This document shows positions 31,201 to 39,425 of a stretch of DNA of 39,425 bases, piece by piece. Both the position numbers and the translations under genes were made by a program. Below the pieces are notes generated by a model, which had not been told where the DNA came from, did not search any database, and saw only the letters and a list, made by a program, of their open reading frames with translations. Positions within the stretch are counted from its first letter, which is position 1, and every line of letters begins with the position of its first letter. Source of the stretch: Atractiella rhizophila (taxonomy: Eukaryota); contig MU271221.1 in NCBI GenBank assembly GCA_021432655.1, positions 1 to 39,425 on the forward strand. The letters run 5' to 3'.

Positions 31201-32964
31201 TGAAGGAGAAAGACAAACCCAGTACTACGCCAGATGGTTGCAGTTGCCAAACAACGATCGCACCGTTTGTACAGGCCATCGCAAGGTCCTCACTCGAATC
31301 TATCACACCACGGTCATCATGAATCCTTTTGAGCTTGAAATAAAGTGCAAGGAAAACTCTTCTGATTGAATGGGAGGATCGAAGAATGGAAGAATGGAAG
31401 AATGGAAGAATGGAAGAGCACTCACGATTGAAACCCCAATCGAGTCCCGTGGCGACATACGCCTTTCCGACTTTCTCTGCGTTTCCCCCACCATCTGAAA
31501 CGGCGCCCCTCACATCCCACTCCTCCTTCACTCTATACTGCTGCTTCTCCTCACCCAACCCAAACCCTCCCAATCCTTCTGGCGAGGGAGAAGGCGACCG
31601 AATCTTCTTGTCTTCGAAGGATGATGGACCGAGACGCCAGGAACGAGAGATGGGCGGAGAGGGAGGAGGTGGCGCGGGATCTTTGGTGTGTTTGGATTGG
31701 GAGCGGGTTGGGGGACTGGATGGGGATGGGGGGATTATTCGGAGGATCTTCAGGGCTGTATATCACCACACCATGCACAAAAATTGTCAGTCAGCTTGAG
31801 CTCGAGAGTGAGTCCATTGTATAGATAATGAAAGACATACCATTCTTGCCCACCACGCCCACGAGCTCGTCATCTTTCCTCGACCTCTTCAAACCCACCA
31901 AACCTCCGCCGTCGCTCGAATGCAGCGGAGCTCCAAACCCATTCGGGTCTTCTTGCACCACATAAGCGAAACCCCGACTCTTGAACCTCCTAATCTCATC
32001 ATGACGCATCCGTCTCTCCCAAGCCGACAACTCCTCCTCCAACCACCTCGCCCTGCCCGCCGCTCCTCCCTCCAAACTGCTTCCAGTCGCGCTCCCAAAC
32101 CCGAACCCGACCCCCATCCCGACCCCATCCCGTCCGCGCACTCCACGGGAGGAAGAAGAGAGGATGGGTTGGGACGCCCAGCTGCCTGACGGACCGGAGG
32201 GGCCCGAGGACGAGAATCTGCCTCCGCTTCCTTGGGTTTGGGTCATTCGATGCAGGTACGATCCGGCGATGGATCCTGAGCCGGAGCCAAGGTGGGAGAG
32301 GGAAGCGTCGTCGTGTGTACCGGTGTAGCTCGTGGAGAGAGTGGAGAAATCGGAATCCCGTCTTCCCATCACCCCCTCCCCCTCCACCACCACCGCCAAT
32401 GTCGACGCCTACTGCTATGCCGAGACCGATGGGCGATTCACGGTCCCAGTCGGCGCCCATCGCTCCTTCCCGCGGCACAAGATTGAGCATCTCCGAAGTG
32501 GTGCTGCTCATCCTCCTCCGCCTCTCCTCTCCCCCTCCATCCGCCCCTTCGCCGTGCGACTGCGACAGCGAATAGAAGGGAAACGCACCCGCCCCCTCTC
32601 CCGCAGCAGCCTCAGCCACCGCCCTCAACTTCCCCGCCGCACTCCGCTCCCTCCTCCCCTCGCTCCCATCCCTCCCCGCATCCCGTCCCTCTCTCCCACT
32701 CCTCCCGCTCCCGCTCCCTCCCGAGCGCCCACCGCTTCCGCCGGACACACCCGCAAACACCCCAGGCGTAGACACGAGCTCAGACGTGCCCGTGAGCGGG
32801 AGGACGGTCCCTGGGGAGGGAAGGCCGGAGACGAGCGTGTGCAGCGGGTGCGCGTTGTTCAGGCTCGGCGCGGAGGACGTGGGCAGAGTGATCGTCCCCG
32901 GTGCATTCCCGCGCAGAAGGCGAGGGGGACGGGCGGCGTCCGCGTACGATTTGCGACGCGACAT
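28232..32964 (-). CDS. RTC1: WDR24/Rtc1/Sea2, GATOR2/SEACAT subunit (WD40 repeats plus C-terminal Zn-binding RING-like domain); start uncertain
   Basis: WD40 segments HTKAINKVVF...LISGSQDGYLKLWDIR, DPVRDLALSP, DSGSLVRWDLRK, AHLGSGLCVDW, ASGGQDRKIKIW, PVRRLSFRP. Also CTRNLEVAKMAGRMEAVQFW and C-terminal CDECGHALHTLC...CPSPHCLHSPC. Frame break near 32380. Confidence 0.82.
31381..31417. repeat. Intronic short tandem repeat (GAAGAATG)x4.6
   Basis: Read directly; shorter and degenerate in the second copy near 38891-38912. Confidence 0.85.
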
Positions 32965-33618
32965 TTATTGTGCATCGATCGCTTTGAGGACTTGGGGGGA
33001 AGAACGCGGGGATGTATGTGGCGTACGTGTTCCGTACGCGTCACTGAGAAATCAGAAATCGAAAGCTTTTCTCAGAGCTTTTGTATTGTAAAATAAGAGA
33101 CTTGCACGACAAAGGATGGATGGTGTCAATTTGATGAAACCAGTTTGTTTTTGCTTGCATCAGGTTCCAGAAGAGTGGAGGGTTGTTTTAGCAAGCTAGG
33201 GATGGTGCTAGAACAAATGTATAACTCAAAGCGGTGGCGGAAAGCTCAGTTTATGTGGTTTAGGGAAGGAAAGATCATTTGCCGGCGAGCGACACACTGA
33301 AAAATCCCTGTCTGGTTGTTCAAAATGATAGAACCTGGATGCCCCAATTGTTCTTGATGGTGGAAAGAAGACAGTCAGCAGTGCAAAGACTATATAGCGA
33401 CAGACAAACCTGAATTCCCCAATCGTTCATGATGGTGGAAGACGATGGGGAATCCAGTGAAGGAGAACAAGCTTTATATGAGTGGATGGCGTGTGGCCAA
33501 GAGCGGGAAGAATTAAGGACTAGAACACAGTGGAGAGAAAGACCTGGGAAAGCCCGTAATCCAACACAAGAGGCATGTCACAGCATACCGTACATTTGCC
33601 GCTGTCACTGGGAGTTTC

Positions 33619-35405
33619 TCAGGGAGACAAAGCAAGGAATTGCGGTTCAGTCCGCAGGCCACGTAAACCCATCTCTTCGTCTCTTGGAGCTTCTAAAAGG
33701 ATAAAGCTGGAGTAACCTGGTGGATAAAACTGAGACGCATGAAGGAATGCAGATCTAATTTCCTCTTCTTCCCACTCTCCAAAGAAAAGCTCTATGGCAA
33801 TCTGCCTCGGAGCATAACCTGTCAAGAAATCCAAGAATCCATGAAAATCTAGGGAACAGAAATAGAGGTTGAGGGAAGAAAGTTGGGAGAAGTTGAAACG
33901 GTTGAAACGTGGTCCAATGGAGCTGAACAAGTCGGGCGTTAAGATGTTGCTGTCTTCATGACCGCCATCAAGGATTATTTTCGTCATGTCTAGCAGTGCT
34001 ACAGGCTGCAAGCTTTTCGAAAACACCATGTCTGTCAGATCAAGGTGTTCGAACCATGAGTGTGGAGGCAAAATGACGGCGAGCTCGTCTGTGGGCGATA
34101 GCTTGATGGGAATCCGACAAGGAGGCAACTATGGATGCGCAAAATGGATAACTTTGGACCAGAGAAGACGGGATGGATAAAACGCGGCACGTAGATGTGC
34201 TGCAGCGACACCTCAGAAAGATTGACAGGTGTTGGCAGTTGAACATCAGTTTCTTCCATCAAAGCCAAGCTCGCAGGTAAGACGTTAATATGACGCCAGC
34301 CTACTAAATGGATCATGCATAGTTTTTTCCAAGAGCAAGTCGCTTTAAGGAAGTTGTGCAAAGACTCTTGTGACCAACCTAGAAGAGTCAATGATTGTAT
34401 TGAGCTTAGGGTTGCTAGACCCATCAGGCCGTTCCCGTCGTCGAATAAGTTTGAGGGAGAAAGGCAAGAAAGTGAGACGACAGTGATTGCTTGTTGGAAA
34501 TCGATGGCTAAATCGATGAGATTCCTAACATTCACCCGTGGAGAGTCCTTGAAATTGCAGTGCAATTCGGTCCAGAATCTTCTTGTCTTAGGATAAGACA
34601 CCAGCTTTCGATACTTGATGAAACCCGAAGAGGGCTCGGGATCCAGGATCCGCATGTGATCCCACCAAAGTTTACAAACGGTTGAGCAGATTTTATGTGT
34701 ATCGCGGTCACCCAGTACAAGCTGCTCGAAAATAAGCGATAATATTTCTGCTGGTAGAGCAGCAATCGGCGACTCTGTACCGGAAGGGACAGTAGTAAGT
34801 TGAAGATGTGAAAATTGGACGTCACGACGATTCACAAGGACGCCACTACGTTTCGCACGGACGCCATCACGTTTCGCAAAGGGAACTGTGGGCAAGGTGA
34901 CTGTTACTGTTGCTGTGTGCGCTTCTGAGCCGAACGGTAACTCTACAGTGACTGGCTTGACAACTTCATATTGATATGTGCCTTCCAATGTCATAGTAGC
35001 ATAATCATCCAACAGCAAAGAGCAGTCAAAAGGATCAAGATAGATGTGGACCGCGTCCGAAAGATAGCGATGACGGTTTGGTAGAAAGCGAATCGGATGT
35101 TTTCTCGTAAGACGGCCGGTCCAATCCCAAGGCAAGAAGTGTATAAAGATGTTTCGGACAAGTGGGAGGGCGTCTACAAATGATTGGGTCCAGCTCAGGC
35201 GTAACGTATAAGTATCGTCAGGTGCCCCGTCGCCTTCATATATCAACATGATTGGTGTTCGCATTTCGCTAAGTGATACAAGGTGCCTGAGCATAAACAA
35301 AACATCAGTGCATCACTCCTTACACCTCACGAAAGCATTCAAACTGAACTGTTACTTGATCAGCGGTCGAATTGACGGAGACGAACGTTCAACGGCACCG
35401 TTCAT
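33619..35405 (-). CDS. F-box protein with LRR-like C-terminal region; both ends approximate
   Basis: F-box motif SPIAALPAEILSLIFEQL...CSTVCKLW at ~34660-34775, followed by LxxLxL-type segments (IQSLTLLG, LSEVSLQH, FEHLDLTD, LSSLNLYFCSL). Intron 34129-34190 joins the two long ORFs. Candidate ATG at 35405 via short exons. Confidence 0.7.
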
Positions 35406-36246
35406 CGATTATGGTCCAATATCATCGTGCCAATATTCAATAGTATTCATTATTCATTAATATTCATTGGTCATCGTTGAAGCAACTTTGAAGCTGAAGC
35501 TAAGCATCGCTCCCGTCAAGATGAGACGGTTTCTCGCAAGATTACGATATTGCGATGAAGATAGCCGCAGTGGATAATATGCACTTGTTCAATAAGAGCG
35601 GGAGATTTCAAAGCCTACTCAGAAACATCTATCTCGATCCATGAGAACTACTCACCATTTGGTTAGTATACATACAAGCTATCTATTCTCTCACAGGCAA
35701 TGCCACTAAGGTTGCTAAGGTTTGAAGAAGGAAATAACCTATGTCATCCTTCGGTGCCGAGGCGTAGACGGTCAAATTCGCGAAGTCCTATGCATCTGAT
35801 GATCGCTAGCACTTTTACAAATTTCGACTTTTCGCAGTAGCTGAAATGAGTGACATTTGGCATAAATTGCAGCACAATGGGAGCGTTTAATTTCACCGAT
35901 TTCATCTTCCCTCACAATTGCCGCTGTTAAGATGGATAATACGACGCAAAAATGTACATTGAACCAGCGCCAACTGCCAAATGTCATGGAGAAGCGTAGA
36001 TAGTTTTCAACTCCTCGCCGACTTTCCAACGGTTTCTTCTGGTCGACTACTAAGGATTCTGGACATCTAACATCAAGTCTTATTTTACTCAGGTCAGACT
36101 CAAAGGAACACCCAAGGGACCTCTTGTAGTCTATTCTCCTCAATGGCTCCTCCTGGGACTCTGAGTCCAAATACTCGCTCTCGTTGAATGTCGAATGAAC
36201 AGCTCCACAGCACGATCGACAACTACATCTTCTGCCTTCTTCCTGC

Positions 36247-37279
36247 TCAACTCCCACACTCAAAAGCGCCAACATCCCTATCCGAGATCACAATCTCGAA
36301 CCTCTCTCGTCCAGGATTAACGCTGGCTCTGAAGCAAGCCTCCAGCTGTTCGCCATCTCCCTCAACCTCAACTTTTGCTCTCCTCGTGATTGGGGATGTC
36401 ACGATCTGTGCGGTGAGGGCCCAGTGTGCCTCCGACATGGGCTGCACCATGTGTTGTGGGGTTGGGTGGACGAGCTAAGGTGCGAAGGCAGCGTGGGGAC
36501 AGCAGGGAGCGATGGGAGGCCCAGGACGTGACGAGGGTGATCCACCCAGTGCGTGAGCGAACCTCGCGGAGAGCTGAAACAAGATCTGAGTTCATCGTTG
36601 CGGTGGTTGAGGGAAGGATGTGTAAGGCTGAGAGTCCGTCAACGATGAGGAAAGCGATTTCTTTTCCCCGCGCGCCGCCGCTCTTAAATAGGAGGGGAGG
36701 GAACGAACGGTCGCCGTTAATTGCGGGAGGGAGGCGGGGCGAAAGACGTGAAGATGCTCCAGCGCAACTTGAACCATAGCGTCCATATTCCTCTCATCAC
36801 TCAACTCCAACCCGTCCAGGTTCGCGCCTTTGAGGTAATCACGGAGCCGGCCCTCGAAGTAGAAACGCAACAACTCCGCCAATCTCTTCACCTGAATTTC
36901 CCATCGCAATCCAGCACCACCACTCCCTTTCCTCTTCCCCCAAGCGGAATCTGCACTGTCTCTCCTTTCTCTCCTGTCGCGCGAGATCCGGGGAATGTGG
37001 GATGGGTCGAATTCTCGCTTCCCACGATGACGGAACGAGTGTGGTGAGCGCCAAGAAGTAGAGGGTGTGCGTCTTGGCTGTGCAAGGAGCGCCAACGATC
37101 TCGATGATGTCTCCTCTCTGAAGGGAGTGGGAAGAGGGAGAGGAAACGGTCGAACCGGCCCGGTTAGTGAGCAGGATGTCGTCCAATGGTCCAAACCAGG
37201 TTTGGGCCAGGTGGACGGACGTGGTAGAAGAGATCAGAGAGGAACTGATAATGTCGGTGATCAGTTGCATGTCAAACAC
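36247..37279 (-). pseudogene. XRCC2-like RAD51 paralog, frameshifted as assembled (pseudogene or sequence error)
   Basis: RGDIIEIVGAPCTAKTHTL (Walker A-like), GGRGKGVVVLDCDGKF, LEHLHVFRPAS and EIAFLIVDGLSA (Walker B) lie in successive different frames with no room for introns. Confidence 0.7.
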
Positions 37280-38186
37280 TGAGCTGTAGAAATTTATGAG
37301 AGACTTGAGGATGGTTCACTTTGTGATCGAGGAATGAACGACTGGATTCGTTATAAGACTCCAATAAATCATAGACCTGGCTAAGGTACGTCATAGAATA
37401 AAGGCGAGGTTTGAATGTTTGACACTCAGGGACAAGTTATTCTGAAGCATCCCTGTGCGAGTTTAACCGTCTATATTGCCGTTGATCTCAAAGCTTCACA
37501 AGTGTTGTCTTTCTTTGTTTAGTGACGTCTCTGTTGCATCTCAGAAACCACAGCAATGTCGGTTACTGTAAAAAGCATCGAATATGGAGAGGTGCGCTCA
37601 ACACTTCACACTATTTGGATCTGCTTCAATAGCTTCAGCGATATCATGTGCAATTGATGGTGTACAAGGCTGATGGCTCTGCTTCCTCTAGAGTGTTTAG
37701 GTTTGACGACAACCAGGCCGAACTCTGCGCTAATACCACGAATAAGAAATGAAACGACCAGCACAACTGCAAGAAAAGAGCGCGTTTCGATGAAGAGCTA
37801 AAGGTTGTGTAAGTATGTGGTACGGAGCGCACCAGAACATACATTCATGTCACGTCAACTGAGAGAAAGCGCCTCTCCCCTTCTCCCCTTCAGATGGCAA
37901 ATCAGCAATAGTGAAACGTGAGAATGTGTGAAGCTGAAGAGGCTGCTAGTCATTTATACTCTTTATTCCAGTTATGCACACTGCAAACAACCCCTCAGGC
38001 TGAAAAACATCGTTCCTTTCCATTTACGCTTGAAAAACGTACCAAAGTCCCAGTGATCGTTTTCGTTCCCTCCATCAGGTTCTGTGCCTCTGTTACAGTG
38101 CTCTCACCCTCCATTCATATAATCGTATTCTCAATTCGTGGTACACCTTTCTTATGTTCCTCTCATAATACGTCCAAACTAGCCGT

Positions 38187-38211
38187 NNNNNNNNNNNNNN
38201 NNNNNNNNNNN
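38187..38211. other. Assembly gap, 25 N
   Basis: Run of N read directly. Confidence 0.99.
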
Positions 38212-39425
38212 AAATGGACTGAAAACGAACCTTGATCTTCCTATCCTGACCTCCAGAGGCGACCCAATCGACCCACGACTTTGTCTCCTCATCGTACCCA
38301 TGCGTCCAATCGACACACAACCCGCTCCCCAGATGAGCGATGGAGCTATAATTCATCCCCGGCTTCCTCAGATCCCACCTCACCAAGCTTCCGCTATCAT
38401 GGACGGACGCTATCGCGTACACTTCTCCAGGCACAGGCGACAGGGCGAGGTCGCGCACCGGGTCGGAGAGCGAGTTGAGGATCATACGTGACGGTCGACC
38501 TTCGCGGATGTCCTGTCGACAGCAAAATTAGCAGGTGGGTCATGGGTAGTGGATATGCCGCACCCATAGCTTTAGGTATCCATCTTGGCTGCCAGAGATT
38601 AACCAGTGGCCTTGTTCCCCTCCGAATACTACCTTGTTGATCGCTTTCGTGTGTTCGAATTTCACCTGGTCTGCAGTAACCTCAAAGTTAGTAGTAACCT
38701 CCTTGGTTGAAGAAGAAAGACAGACAGAGCACTACGCCAGATGGTTGCAGTTGCCAAACAACGATCGCACCGTTTGTACAGGCCATCGCAAGGTCCTCAC
38801 TCGAATCTATCACACACCACGGTCATCATGAATCCTATTGAGCTTGGAATAAAGCGCAAGGAAAACCATTCTAATTGAATGGGAGGAATCGAAGAATAGA
38901 AAGATGGAAGAGCACTCACGATTGAAGCCCCAATCGAGTCCTGTAGCGACATACGCTTTTCCGACTTTCTCTGCGTTTCCCCCACCATCTGAAACGGTGC
39001 CTCTAACATCCCACTCCTCCTTCACTCTGTACTGCTGCTTCTCCTCGCCCAACCCAAACCCTCCCAATCCTTCGGGCGAGGGAGAAGGCGACCGAATCTT
39101 CTTGTCTTCGAAGGAGGATGGACCGAGACGCCAGGAACGAGAGATGGGCGGAGAGGGAGGAGGTGGCGCGGGATCTTTAGCGTGCTTGGATTGGGAGCGG
39201 GTTGGAGGATTGGATGGAGACGGAGGGATTATTCGGAGGATCTTTAGGGCTGTATATCACCACACCATGCACAAAAATTGTCAGTCAGCTTGGACTTGAG
39301 CTCGAAAGTGAGTCCATTGTATAGATATTGAAAGACATACCATTCTTGCCTACCACGCCCACGAGCTCGTCATCTTTCCTCGACCTCTTCAAACCCACTA
39401 ATCCCCCACCGTCGCTCGAATGCAG
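38212..39425 (-). CDS. RTC1: Second, partial copy of the WDR24/Rtc1 WD40 region (matches 30689-31925)
   Basis: Near-identical exons; the ILNSLSDPVRD...GGQDRKIK peptide is identical. Introns are diverged. Truncated by the gap and the window edge. Confidence 0.85.

Noticed and set aside
32292..33096. Long plus-strand ORFs antisense to the WDR24 5' end
   Set aside because: Shadow ORFs of GC-rich low-complexity coding sequence.
36450..37020. Programmed -1 ribosomal frameshifting in the XRCC2-like gene
   Set aside because: The GGGAAAT heptamer near 36897 is not in the frame needed at that point, the other sites are non-canonical, and five serial shifts would give negligible product.

Overview
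Intron-rich eukaryotic DNA, most likely a basidiomycete fungus (inferred from ~45-70 nt introns, many micro-exons and the gene content). Left to right: a tandem pair of small secreted Cys-rich protein genes with the same 4-exon structure; a ComA/HSA32-like (phosphosulfolactate synthase fold) gene with a probable mitochondrial presequence; an RNF216/TRIAD3-like RBR E3 ligase with a long hydrophobic insert in its IBR; a Zn(II)2Cys6 transcription factor; a Crb2/Rad9/53BP1-like checkpoint mediator; an ABCC (MRP/Yor1-type) transporter preceded by a perfect 95-bp tandem duplication; WDR24/Rtc1/Sea2 (minus); an F-box protein; an XRCC2-like RAD51 paralog broken by about five -1 frameshifts; a 25-N gap; and a second, diverged partial WDR24 copy. 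The right ~9 kb probably mixes an alternative haplotype with gap-filling errors. I see no rRNA, tRNA, CRISPR array or intact transposon. No clearly new system can be demonstrated; the best leads are the secreted-protein pair, the duplication before the efflux pump and the possibly membrane-anchored RBR ligase. All gene models were spliced by hand and family calls rest on motif recognition, not database searches.
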